The notes below the pieces were generated by a model, which was not told where the DNA came from, did not search any database, and was given only the letters and a program-made list of their open reading frames with translations. From Mobula hypostoma (lineage: Eukaryota): a DNA stretch of 64,000 nucleotides. The stretch spans positions 86,740,001 to 86,804,000 of the forward strand of contig NC_086108.1 of assembly GCF_963921235.1 (NCBI RefSeq), given 5' to 3'. Below, piece after piece: positions 37,756-50,571 of this stretch. The position numbers were made by a program, and so were the translations under genes. The stretch's first letter is position 1, and every line of letters starts with the position of its first letter.

Positions 37756-38437
37756 TGTAAGGGGGTTTCGACTTTTATGTTACTGCGGAGGCTAATTAAA
37801 ATGGCAGCTTTGTTATGTTAATCTGGGGAATGCGGCTTTGTTGTGTTAAACGCTGAGAAAGTTTGTGCTAGCAGCTTGTTTTTTCTTTAGAGTGTGATAA
37901 GTAAGTGCTATTAACCAATTGGGATAGTTGTTATGGTTTTGGTGTATTTGAAGATACTGTATGCGCGGGGTTTTGAGGCAGAAGGCGGGACAGCGAGACA
38001 GAGGATGGACAATGTGCGGTGATGTCCGCTAACGGGGTCGGACCCCGAGGGGGGCGTTCGGCGAGGAGACAGAGACAGACTCGTGTGGAGCGTCTGGTCG
38101 ACCACCGTTGTTGGTCCCAGGCGGCCAGTCGAGGTGGTCCAAGGGGTCGCAGGGTGAAAAAGAAGGTCCTTGAACTCCAATGGTTTTTGTGCACGAAGAG
38201 ATTGAACTTTGATAAGTGTGGGGCCTTTTATTTTCTTTTTATATTTTATTCTCTCTTAATTATATAGTTCCAGTAATATCTATAAACTGTAAATCATTTA
38301 ATTGTACCTGGTGTATTGTCTGTTATTTGGGCGGCGTGGGGTACATCACAAACTAATTACCCAGTTTGGCGGGGCCGAGGCTGTTTCCCTAGACGACAGC
38401 GAGCCGAGCAACCCTGAGGGTGGCCGGGGAGGCTACA
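37756..38437 (+). mobile_element. Solo LTR B (682 bp), same family as LTR A
   Basis: TGTAA...CTACA termini and TSD CTTA at 37752-37755 and 38438-38441. Confidence 0.9.
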
Positions 38438-38946
38438 CTTATTTGCATTAAAACAGTTTATTATCTTCTATGTCTTGCTCTTTCATTGATTCTGTTTAAA
38501 ATTACAGTTCTATAGATTTGCTAAGTACGTCCACAGGGAAAAAGAATCTCAGGGTTGTATATGGTGACATGTATGTACTCTGATAATAAATTTTACTTTG
38601 TATTTTGAACTTTGAAGAGACTGCAGATGTTGGAATCTGAAGCAACATTCAATTTGCTTGAAAGTTCAGCAGATCAAGCAGAATCTGTGGGAGGAATGGA
38701 ATTATCGGTACTCCAATGCACAGTTTCAGCTTGAAACATTGACAATAGATAAAGGCGACTTCACTGATGAGACGAGGAAAGCTAATTGTGAGGAAGATAC
38801 AAAGAGATTTCAAAAGAATATAGATTGTAAGTGGCGAACATTTGGCTGATACAGTTTTTGTATGGGAAATTGTGAGGATATTCATTTTATTAGCAAGCAT
38901 GGGGAAGAACTGGGTTTGCATGCAATTACTTCAAATAAGGTGGAAC

Positions 38947-39428
38947 TGTCAGTACCTCCAGTTGAACTCTGTCTTTTTGTGTGTTTCCCCCTAGCTGTCA
39001 GTCTGTGGTTTTGTATTGCCATGCGCTCTTGTTCTACTCCGGCCCCTGTATTACTGAGTAGTCCCTCTCTCATCTGCTTCTCATTATTACCTGTATTGCT
39101 GCCCCCTGTGTCTCATTGTGCTCCACCTATCATCTGCCTCTCTGTTTATTGCTCAGTGTGTTTCAGTCCTGTGTTTTCACCTGTTTGTTGCCAGATTGTA
39201 CCAGTGAATTTTCCTGAGCCTTTCCAGCATTCATATCTGTACTCTGTCCATCTGAATATCGACTCTGCCTGTTTCCCGATTCTGGTTTTTGGATTTCTCT
39301 GAACGTTTTGATCTCTGCCTGAACTTTGACACTGACTTTGTTTGCACCTTGGGATTTATTACTCAGTTAATATCACTGTGTCTACAGTACTGGGTCTGTG
39401 ATTGGGTCCCTGCTCAAGTCCCCTGACA
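38947..39428. mobile_element. Solo LTR (482 bp) with a 5-bp TSD
   Basis: TGTCAG...CTGACA 6-bp terminal inverted repeat and TSD GGAAC at 38942-38946 and 39429-39433. Confidence 0.88.
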
Positions 39429-40340
39429 GGAACTTAACAACATAAATGGCTGTGATTCTTTACTAATCCATTGAGTCCAATGCACTTTATACACACTTTG
39501 AGAGGGAGATCAAGACTGTACCTGTCCAAATCCCTGTTGTATCTGGTGCCCTGCGATAGCTCTTGGAGACTAACATCAGAATATTTTTCAAGAGGGTGAA
39601 CCTCACGAAGCATCAGGCCCCTGATGGTATTCTGAGCAGGGCACTGATAACCTCTGCCAGTCAACTGGCTGGAATGCTCAAGGACATTTTCAGTCCTTCA
39701 CAACTGCATTCACATCTTTCCAACTGCTTCATATGGGCATGAGTCATACCGCCGAAGTGGAGCAGGGTGAGCTGCCTCCAGTGTAGCACTCATATCTACT
39801 ATGATCATGGCCAGAATTAACTCCTGCCTGAGCAAGTATCAGGGCTCACTGCAATTTGCCTACTGCTGCAACAGGTCTACTACAGATGCAATCCTACTGG
39901 CTCTCCACTTGGCCTTGGATCATCTGGACAAAAGCAATACCTAAGTCAGGCTGCTGCTCATTAATTACAGCTCAGTGTTCCAACCCATCACCTCCTCAGT
40001 ACTAATCAACAAGCTTCAAAACCTGAGCCTGTGTGCTTCCTTCTGCAACTGGATCCTTGACTTCCTCATCGGGAGATCACATTCAGTGCGGATCAGAAAT
40101 AACATCTTGTCCTTGCTGACAATCAACACAGGCACACCTCAAGGATGGGTGCTGAGCCCACTGCTCTATTCTTTCTACACTCATGACTGTGTAGTGAGGC
40201 ACAACTCAATGTCTTCTATAAATTTGCTGATAACATAACTGCTGTTGGCAGAATCTCAGATGATGATGATGAGGAGACATGGAGGAGTGAGTTAGATATT
40301 TTGGTTGAGTGATACTGCAACAACAACCTTGCACTCTACA

Positions 40341-40747
40341 AGGGCATATTCTGGACTTGGGGTATATAGCAAAATATTAGCTTCAGCAACTAACTTCAAA
40401 AACCAATCTGAATGTGGATTGCAGATTAAATTTAAAATGCAGCCCAGACCAATAGGTTCCAAGACCTGTTGACAGCAGGTAATTGAAAAACCAGGCAATG
40501 ATGATTAACATTCTTTTGGGATGTCTGGATTGTGGTTGCAATGGAGGAGGTGTGAAATGTATAAGTAATTCAAAGGAAGGCATTGTAGATACATTGTAAG
40601 TATAGAATTGTCCTTTGATCTTTAGCATATCAAATGTCATGGACCATTGTGTTGAACAGGCCTCTTCCTTCAGAGAGTGTCTCATTTGGTTGAATAAAAG
40701 ATTAATTTATATCTGTCAGGTGTGTCTCTCTCTGGTGACATTGTTCA
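40341..40747 (+). mobile_element. LTR-like insertion flanked by the direct repeat CACTCTACA
   Basis: CACTCTACA at 40332-40340 and 40748-40756, AATAAA about 50 bp before the end, and a CA end. The host Rex1 sequence is continuous across it. Confidence 0.5.
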
Positions 40748-40920
40748 CACTCTACATTAGTAAGACCACGGAATTGATTGTGGACTTCAGGAAGCTGAAG
40801 TTAGGAGAAAACCCACCAACCCTCTTTGAGGGGTCAGCAGTGGAAAGGGCGAGCAGCTTCAAGCTCCTGGGCATCAACATCTCAAAGGACCTACCATGGC
40901 TCAACATGTAGATGCAATTA

Positions 40921-41368
40921 CCATAAGACATAGGAGCAAAATTAGGTTGGTCGGCCCATCAAGCCTGTTGCACCATTCCATCACTGGTGATCGCTCTCAT
41001 CCCTTGTCATGCCTCCTCCCATAACCTTTGATACCCTGACTAATCAAGAGCCTGTCAACCTCAACTTTAAAAATACTCAAAGATATGGCCTCCACAGCTA
41101 TCAGTGGCAATGAATTCCACAGATCCTCCTCCACCAGGTTTAAGAAATTTCTCTTTACCTCTGTTCTAAATGGAAGCCCCTCTACCCTGAGACTGTGCCC
41201 ACTGGTCCTAGAATCCTCCACTATAGGAAACATCCTCTCCATACTCACTATATCTCGGCCTTTCAATATTTGATAGGTTTCAATGAGATTCCCACTCATT
41301 CTTCAAAAGTACAGGCCCAGAGCCATCAAACATTCCTAATACATTAACTCTATCATTCCCAAAATCAT
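40921..41368 (-). mobile_element. CR1 LINE 3' fragment
   Basis: ORF 40997..41299 (NLIETYQILKG..RMFP..RTSGHSL) and a CCATAAGACATAGGAGC tail. Confidence 0.82.
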
Positions 41369-41984
41369 TAAGAAGGCACACCAGTGGCTATACTATATTA
41401 GAAACTTAGAAAGATTTAAATATCACCAAAGACTCCAACAAAATTTTACCGATGCACTGTGGAGACCATTCTGATGGATTGCATCACTGTATGGAGGAGC
41501 CAAGTTACTAGATCGTATAAAGCTACATATAGTTGTAGATTCACCCAGCTCTATGATGAACTCTGGCCTCCCCACCATCAAGGTCAGCCCTCAAGAGGGT
41601 TGCACCCATCATTAAGGGCCCTCACCCTCCAGAAGATACCCTCTCCTCACTATTAGCATAAGGGAGGAGATACAGTCTGTGAAAGACACATACTCAGCAT
41701 TTTAGGAACAGCATCTTTCACTCCACCAACAGATTTCTGAGTGGCTCATGAACACTATCTCATTCATTATTTTGCTCTCCTTGTGCACTATTTATATATT
41801 TTTAAATATTTCGTAGTGTAACTTACATTAATGAATTGCTCTGTACTGCTGTTGCAAATTTCATGACATATATCAGTGATAATAAACCCACAAAAAAAAG
41901 AGAAGCAGAATACTGCTTAAAAGGAGACTTCAGAATCCTTCTATACAGCAAGATCTATATGTTTTTAATGGGAATGGAGATAAT

Positions 41985-42480
41985 AATTAAAATGGTTGGA
42001 CACCGAGAAATTCTGCTCTTCCTGTTCCGACATGTCAATCATGATGAGGCCATTCTTTAGTTGAAGGAGTATCGCCTCATACTCCATCTAGGTAACCTCC
42101 ACCCTGATGGCATGAGCATCAGTTTGTCCTTTGGGTGACTTTTCTTCCCTTCCCCTTTCCCTCTCCTATTCCTAAATCTGGTCTCTTACCTCTCTTCCTC
42201 ACCTGCTTATCATCTCCCTCTGGTGACCCTCCTGCATTTTTTCTCCCATAGACCACTCTCCTCTTCTATCAGATTTTTTCTTCTCCAGCCCTTTACCTTT
42301 TCCATTTATCACTTCCCAGTTTCTTACTTCATCTCCCCTCCCCCAGCCACCCACTTCACCTATCACCTTCTAGCTTGTCCGCCTTCCCCTTTTACCACCT
42401 TTTTATTCTGGCATTCCCCTTTCTTTCCATCACGTTTCATTTATTTCCATCCCTGACTGGGCTGAAAGCTCCAACTGAAC
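41985..42480 (+). mobile_element. PLE 3' fragment / tail
   Basis: ATCTAGGTAACCTCCACCCTGATGGCATGA and a pyrimidine-rich tail, homologous to 17310-17600. Confidence 0.7.
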
Positions 42481-43845
42481 CAATAGCTAAGACCTTTCTG
42501 GCTGTTCCACATTTAGCTTCCACAGTAGCAAATACAGTTTCTGGGTAGTTTGGCACTATTTTAAATTGGGTAAAAAAAAAAATTTTTTTGCAGTTTTCCA
42601 ATGGAGAATTCCCTTAACTATTGGAATTTTTATTCTTGTAGTTCTCTTTTTGTTTAGCTGTTGAAGTCTCCAAATATGGAAACTTGGTAACTTCTGCTTT
42701 TTGCATAACAGCTCCACTCCTAAAGACTTTGTTAACTCCCATACTTAACCGGCTCTACCATGGATAATCTTTCATATAACTACTTTCTTGTACACTGTCT
42801 TGTGCTCCTCTGTTTACCTATTCCTCTGGTTTGTCCTCAGCCATTGAATAGTAGAGGTCAGGGTCCGCCCTGGTCACTAACATTGCATACGGGTATGCAT
42901 GTTTCTCATCTCACCTTGGGGTGGGGTGGGGGGTCGGGATGCATTTGTTGCAGATAATTGGTTTAATAGTGCAATCCCATGGAAAGATGAGTTGACAAAC
43001 ATTATTTTTTACTTACCTATTTAGATGTTGCTTATTTGCTTTTTAATGGGGAACTATATATATAGTTCTTAAGATTTTATATAATGTACTTTGTAAATCT
43101 GTTGTTCATTGTTAATGTTAACATTATACTATCATGATTTACATCTTTAATTTTTAAACCATGGTTCTTACTGTATCACATGTTTTGTTTTACAACGGTA
43201 AATGACTTACCAGGAGGAGAAAGATAGCTATCCCTGAAGAATGCTGAACTGCTGATAACATTTTACTAGTGTGATTTCTTTGGAAACAGAGATGTAATCC
43301 TAGAGCCTTTGACCTCTACCAAGCATTATATTGTCTCAAGGTAGAACTATTTGAAAAGGCTTTACTTATTATTTGAGTATAAGCACATATTGTATATGTG
43401 CTACTTCTACTTTGTAACAAGTAGAACCACTAAGCCTGCTAATACTGCTACTCATGTTATACTTGTTACTAGAACAATTTGTATATTTGGTGGATAAAAT
43501 CCCATGGTTTGACAGAACAGACTGGATAGCCCTTGCTCAGTTAAAGTTTTCTGGGAAAATACAGAAGTTCTCAGTTAGGTCCAATCCTTAACAAAGTAAA
43601 GGAGGAAGACCTAAACAATTATTTACAGAGCCCAGAATCATGAAAATGGAAAGAAATTTATGCAGATGGTGTGGTTGGTATTAGAATGTTGAGTTATAGC
43701 ACCCCAGTGGGTGTTTACTCCCATGGGAGAGACATAACCAACTTTTACGATGTGACATTTTTCCTCTGAGCTTAGAATTAAATGTATAGACAGAATTCTC
43801 AACAGTTGAGCTGCATTCTCCCTTACTTTTGAAAATGCTTCCTTT

Positions 43846-44065
43846 GTTGTTGTTGTTGAGTGTCTTCAACTTGTTGTCGACTCATGGCGACCCATAGATA
43901 TTGTAGCTGTCCATAGGGTTTTCATGGCAATTTACGGAAGTAGATTGCCAGGCCTTTCTTCCACGCAGATACTGCTGCTGCCCAGGTTGGGACCCGGCTG
44001 GATTTGAAGACAGGACCATCTGCCTTGAAGTCCAGTACTAATGCAACTACACCACCGACTGGCCC
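43846..44065 (-). mobile_element. tRNA-derived SINE with an RTE-type body and (CAA)n tail
   Basis: The minus strand has a tRNA head, then GAAAGGCCTGGCAATCTACTTCCGTAA..GAAAACCCTATGGA..GGGTCGCCATGAGTCG..(CAA)n. TSD CCTTT at 43841-43845 and 44066-44070. Confidence 0.8.
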
Positions 44066-46919
44066 CCTTTTTATGTACTGTATGATATCATATTTTGAAA
44101 TCTTGTAACTGATGGATATAATTTTCTATCATTAAAATGTGAGTTTACTAATCCTTAGGCAAAAGGAGACAGCATCACACTATCAGTAACTTGCTTTCAG
44201 GAAACCTGAGTAAAGTCGTGCACCTTATCGAAAATAGTGTGAACAGCCCTGTGAAAGAGATGAACCCTTTCTTCATCTTATTGAGAGGCATTGCCAACTG
44301 ACCTGATGAAGTAATTGAAATTGAGCAACAGTGATTGAAATTGCATCAAGGAAATGGCAAGGACTGGTTGTGGGGAAGGAGATTTTAAAGATGGACTAAT
44401 ATGGACTTAAAACATGGACATTGATGCGTCATTGCCGTGGGATTATGGAAAATTGTAATGGTGACACCCCTTTGAGATTTGGGAAAAGTGTGCAGCTGAG
44501 ATTGAGGAAGTGAACACTGTAAAGAGAATACAGTATCAAACAGAGAACCCCCTAGATTGAAGAATCCAATGGATGCTTTTGAGCATCAGGTCAAAGAGAG
44601 CAAAGTTAGCCTTTTCTAGCACTAGTAACCTGTTGGAACGATTGGAGGAGTGATAATCTATTCGCAAGAGGAGTCTTAATCTCAAAGATGATATCTGCAG
44701 GAAGAAGCTGGGTTAGAAATCTTCACTAAGTAAAATGTTGGGGGGGGTGCAGAATAAGATGGATATTTGCTTCTATCTCATGCTCGATAAGCTTGCTTTT
44801 TAAATAGTAGCTGCCATTTGGAAGGTCACAAAAAGTTGTCAGTAAATTTCCAACTATATTGTTTCGTTTAACTTCTGGTCATAAATGGAAATCAGTCTTT
44901 AGTTCTTCAAATGGAAATGGAAATCAGATTGAAGTTAAAAAAGGCACTCTATAGAACAACTTTGCAAATTGGCTCTGTGTTTTGAAGACACTCTGTAAAA
45001 AGTCACTGCACCTGTGTTATTATTGTTCAAGAGTAGAGTATAAGATAATGGGTTGTGTAATTGGGACTGTCTCAGACAGACCAGCTGAGTCTTAAATTGC
45101 TTAACTAGAGTTAGCTTGCAGAACCAGATGGATAATATCACTTAGCATATTGATAACTTATGTATTTATAGTTGGAAAGTTTTATGTATTCAGATGTTAG
45201 TTTTACAGCATGAATGGCATGAAGCTGAGATCAATGTCTCCAAAAATGCTTTTAAACCATTTGAGAACATCTGAGAAAATATCACGTGCTTGTGAAGTCA
45301 CTCAAGTGGGAACAAAGGGGTATAAGTGTAGAGAGCAGTTCAGGCTTATTAGGAATGGGGTAAGGAACATCAAGAAAAATGGAAGAACTGGAATCCATTC
45401 CTCCAGTTTCAGTTTCTGCGACGGACAACTTGCCTGTCCGCATTTTTGGTATTTTTTTTAATTTATAGAAAATGTACCTGGGCTTTGGAAATCATTAATC
45501 CTTAATGTTTGAGAAATGCTTTGTGCTTTGCGTTTTGAAAATGGTTTGTGTTTTAGATTTAGCCTGTACTTGGGAGATTTTTAAGATGGAAATCCTCTGT
45601 GAGTTTTAATTGTATTTTAAGTATGTTATGTGGATTTAAACATGTATCAAAGACCTTTTCCCAAGCAGATGAAAGGCCTGTGATAGGCTTGTGTGGTGGA
45701 TAGCATGAACGAAGCACTGAATGTGGTGAGACCTGTGGAACTGCAAAAGGTCAGTACCGTTGTGCTAGAGCACTGGGCTCAAAAGAATGCTGCAAGCTGG
45801 ATCAGGTAGAATCACACCCTCTTGTGATTCCACATTAAACTTTGTTTGAAAAGGCAGTGAACCGTTTTGGAATGTTTTACATATTAACATAAGTGCTACA
45901 TACTGTAAGTATAAGCTGCCAGCGTTGCAGTTGCTGTTCAGAGTCATTCTGACCTTGGTGCTGTTGAAATATTCATAAATCACTTTCTGTGACACCTTCT
46001 AGACATCCCTGAAGTGCTGGAGACAGATTCTGTGGAGGCAAAGCCAAAAATCTTTATATAAAACCTTTTGTTCATTTGGGCGTGTCAAAACTTCAGACAG
46101 AGCCGCTAGGCACAGATTTGTGAATGGTTTCTTCATAAATGTCCTTTGAAGTTCATAATTTATCAGCAAATACAAAACATTCCAAGTGACCTTTAACTTT
46201 AAGAAAGAACAAATAAATACTGCATTTACCCAGAGATTTCCACATCTCCAGGATATCCCAACGAGCTGCAAAGCTAATGAAGTATTGTAATGGAGGAAAC
46301 TAGTAAGATTACTGTTAATAGTTCTTGGCCATTTGGCGTCTGTGAAGAATGGAGAATATCAGTTGATTGAACGTGGTGGTTGGATGATAATTCCTCAAAA
46401 AAATTATTGTTCATCACTTCCTCACAGAAAGTACTGTACATCACTAGTATTCTGTGGATAAGCTATCAATTAAATTGCCAAGCTACATGTCAGCAACTTA
46501 CCCTTTGAAAAAAAATCTTTTACAATGCAGTTCTACATTTTAGGGCTAAGTTGTATTAATATAAAATACAACAAAAGTAAATGAAATCAAAGATCGCTCT
46601 CCATCACTTGAAGTGTCAAATTCTCAAAGAGGATATTGCTGCTATAATCAGCCTACAATTGCCCTCAGGTATAAACATAAATAATCTAAACATTTCTTCA
46701 CACAATATTTTGATAGCACTTGAAATTGCTTAATAATTTTTCTTTTTGCTAATTGCACGAGTATTCTTAAATAATGGATAAATGAGAGCTTATTATATTG
46801 TGAATAAGCGGAAAGTTTATTGATCCTTATTAGCTGTGTAAGAATGTGTTCAAAAGGAAAGTAATTTAAAACTACAAATGTTTGGGTCATAAACTATATT
46901 AGTACCATTTGTATTTGTC

Positions 46920-47325
46920 AGGCTAGCCCAGTTAGTCATGCTGTCCCCTCTAAATCAAAGATTATGAGCTTAAGCTATAAGCAAGAACCTAAACATATAA
47001 TATAGACAACCATTGTGATGCAGTAGTGGATTGTCAGAAGTATTAGCCTTTTAATAAAATGATAAAGTAAGCCTGCCAATTCAAGTGAATATCAAAGATG
47101 TCATGTGGTTTTGAAAAAAGTACGTGGAAGTCATGCAACCAACACTCATCGCTGGACTGAAAATAGATTAACTGGTCATTGTTTCTTTGCTATTTTGAAA
47201 TTGGACTATGCATGCACGAACTGCCACATTAAATTACTGACAATTGTGACCACATTTCAAATGTAATCTGTTGGCAGTGAAGTGCTTTGAGGACATGAAA
47301 GAAGTTATATTAAAGCAAGTGTTTT
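46920..47325 (+). mobile_element. Ancient Deu-domain SINE (SacSINE1/AmnSINE1-like), near full length
   Basis: AAAGATGTCATG..AGATTAACTGGTCATTG..CTGCCACATT..GTGACCACATTTCAAATGTAATCTGTTGGCAGTGAAGTGCTTTGAGGAC..TATATTAAAGCAAGT follows the Deu-SINE layout. Confidence 0.65.
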
Positions 47326-49109
47326 ATTTTATGAATCTCTGCTGCAGATGTTTGTATGCGGGAAAGCTAATTTATCTCTGTACCTAATGTTCTGGCAGAT
47401 GCACTGCCGAATTGGCAGGAGTTTCAAACGTTTGTTTTAAACATTTTGATTATCTGCCTTTATGAATGTAGAAAGAACAAGTTAATCCTAAACCAGTGTG
47501 CATAACCCACAAAGTACACAGCCTTGTATATATCTGCATCTATTTACATAAATGTGTTTTCTTTTGTAAAAAGAATGAAAAAAGTTCAGAAATTAAAGCC
47601 ATTAATCATTTTAATCTGGCAGCACCTTGTTGTGATGTTCTTGCCAAGAAAGCACATGGTGTAAAGCTTAATGGAGCCTACTTAATTCCAATCTGCATAT
47701 GAGAAGGGCCATTTGCTAAAAAATTAACAATCCAATATGGAATAGTAAGAAATTAAGTTGGTATTTCATTACTGAGATTTCAGTCGGTCATATAATCTGG
47801 TCCAGTAATTAAAACTTCTCAGCATTTGTTCTCTTTAAATGAGAGCTGTTTCCCAGCAATACATACCAGTTTGGCAGTGCAGGTCACAAAACAAAGTAGA
47901 CACAATGTTTAAATGATGTTTTCCAACTAGAAGTGACATTAGACTATGCGAAGCTTCATTGATCAGGAGTGTGCAAATGAAACATCTTGGAAGTGCTGAA
48001 AATACTCAGCAGATCAGGTGATGAGGCAATCATATTGGAAGGGGTAAGGCACACTTTATGTTTTGGCTCAATAAGATGTGGTCAGAATCTATACTGAGCT
48101 CAACAATTTCCTCATTAACTCCCAAGAACAAAAGCATTGACAGTTGTTTGCAATTTTTAGGGATTATGTTAATGTATTTGATATTTCAATAACATTTGCA
48201 TAATCTTATATATAGGTTGATTAAGCTTTCTTGGTTGTTTAAATAATTAATTACAGATTATATATAAAAATAAGTTAATTGCCTTCCTCATCACATCACT
48301 ACAATGTTGCTGAGGAAGACTGGATAAAGGGACCTGCTGAAAAGGGACCTGGTCTGGTTAGCAGATCCAGGTGATTGTGTATCCAGAAAACCACCAACAA
48401 TCTGCTTTTCCATTACATTTTTAATTAAATATGTTATTACGCTAAATTTAATAAGCATTTCATAAGGAGCAATTAGGACAGATTTAATCATAGAATGTTT
48501 AATCATAGAGATGGGTTTTATGGAGCATCGTAATGGGCAGAGAGAAGATCTGAATAATGGAGAATCAATAGCTGTACATAGGGTCTACTACACAGCAACA
48601 GTCATTCATTACAGATTCTTAAAGCAGAGCTATGCAAGCTTATGCTACAAAGAAGCCTTCTTCCCCTCCGCGTCCCTTAACCTTTTCAATATATCCTTTC
48701 TTCCTCGTGTAGTTATCTTGCTTCCCATTACCCAATAGTTCCAGAAATCAGAAATCATAAAAAAAGCTTTGACCAGCAGCCAATCCAGACATTGGAAGTC
48801 TGGAGAGGAGGGGACTTCAATCAGGTCCACTGCCTGAGGATAAAAAGGCAGCAGCGGGTCACTGCAGCAAGGAAGGGCTTTGATCAGCCAGTGATCAATC
48901 AGCATTTCGGATTGATTAGTTACAGGATAATTAAAGGAAAGCGAGACAAGCGCAGCTGCCGTCATCCGAGTGGTGATCTTGAGGCGTTAGCTTTTCGAGG
49001 CTGGCTTCACTCCAAGAACACAAAGGAAAGAAAAGCTCGAGTGTTTTTCCTTCTCTTCTTTATATCTGCTCAGCTAGAACAGTAGAGGTGCCAGGCAGGG
49101 TAGTGGAAT

Positions 49110-49299
49110 CAGCAGAACAGGCAGCATCCGTGGAAAAGAGTACAGTCGGCATTTTGGGCTGAGACCCTTCAGCAGGTCTCGCCCCAAAACGTCGACTGTA
49201 CTCTATTCCATAGGTGCTGCCTGGCCTGCTGCGTTCCTCCAGCATTTTGTCTATATTGCTTGGATTTCCAGCATCTGCAGATTTTTTCTTGTTTGTGAT
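49110..49299. repeat. Fold-back mini-insertion made of inverted PLE tail
   Basis: 57-bp arms at 49110-49166 and 49175-49231 around the loop CTTCAGCA. Imperfect 13-bp flanking duplication. Confidence 0.8.
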
Positions 49300-50571
49300 A
49301 GGACAGTGAAATATTCCTTTTGCAGGATATGGGAAGCCAGGGAGACCTCAAGTGGCCCTGAAGACTACACCTGCGAGAAGTGGATCCAGATGCAGATTCT
49401 CACAAAGTACATTAGGGAGTTGGAGCTGGAACTGGATGAACCCTGGATCATTCGGAAGGCTGAGAAGGTGGTAAGTAGGACATATAGAGAAGTAGTTACA
49501 CCCAAGTTTCAGGACACAGGAAACAGGGTGATAGCCAGGAAGGGGAAAGGGGTTAAGTGCAGAGTACCCCTGTGGCCATCCCCCCATCAACAGCAGATAT
49601 ATCACTTTGGATACTGTCAGGGGGTTGGGGGGGGGAGGATGACCTAACAGAGAAAAGCCTCAGTTGTCGGGTCTCTGGCACTGAGTCTGCCTTTGTGACT
49701 CAGAAGGGAAGGGGAGGGATGAGGCACACTGTGGTGATATAGGATTTGTTAGTTAGGGGAGTGGACTGGAGGTTCTGTGAGCAAGAATGACATTTCCAGG
49801 TGGCATTTTGCCTCCCTGGTGCTAGGGTCCAAGATTTCTCAGATCAAGTTCTCAGCATTCTTAAGTGGAAGGGTGAACAGCCAGAAGTCATGGTCCATGT
49901 AGGGACCAATAACACGGGTAGGACTAGTAGCGAGGTTCTGCATAGGGAGTTAGGTGATAAGGTAAAGACAGGAACTCCAGGGTTATGATCTCAAAATTGC
50001 TACCCATGCCACGTGCTAGTGAGGCCAGAACTAGGGAGATTATACAGTTGAACATGCGGCTAAGGAGTTGGTGTAGGATGCAGGGCAGAAGGTATTTGGA
50101 TCATTGGGCTCTCTTCCAGGGAGGGTGGGACCTATACAGAAGGGACAGTCTGTACCTGAACTGAAGGGGGACTATATCCTAGCTGGAATGTTTGTTATTG
50201 CTGCTTGAAAGACAGGTAATAATGTTGAAGTTAAGGTAGCTGGTTAACAAAGAGAGACAATGTGTAGTGTGGGAGGCTGTTGATAGGGCAAAATTGCAGT
50301 CAACAGGATGAGTTGCAATGTAAAAGTGGACAAAAATGAAAAGGGTGAAATCAGGGCAGAAGGCATTGTAATTGAATGTGTGCAGTATATAGAATAAGGT
50401 AGATGACCTTGCAGTACGGTTGCAGATTGGCGGGTATGATGTTGTCGATTATAGCTGGGAGATTAATGTACAAGGATACACATTGTATTGAAAGGACAGA
50501 CAGGAAGGCGGGGGGGCGGTGTTGTTCTGCTAGTAAAAAATGAAACAAAATCATTAGAAAGAGGTGACATA

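Larger units (their letters stand above)
36700..38615 (+). mobile_element. Rex1/Babar 3' fragment hosting two solo LTRs
   Basis: VDSAQYIMGKTLPTIEHIYM | KAASIIKDNHHPDHTLFSLLPSGRRYKCL, and a GATAATAAA..TTTGAACTTTGA tail. Confidence 0.85.
39510..41890 (+). mobile_element. Old Rex1/Babar LINE RT-to-3' fragment with nested insertions
   Basis: CNWILDFL..TGTPQGWVLSPLLYSFYTHDC and [22 protein letters not shown]. Interrupted at 40341-40747 and 40921-41368. Confidence 0.85.

Noticed and set aside
36786..38437. Full LTR retrotransposon or DIRS-type element with inverted ends
   Set aside because: Each LTR has its own TSD, and the spacer is continuous Rex1 sequence rather than an internal region.
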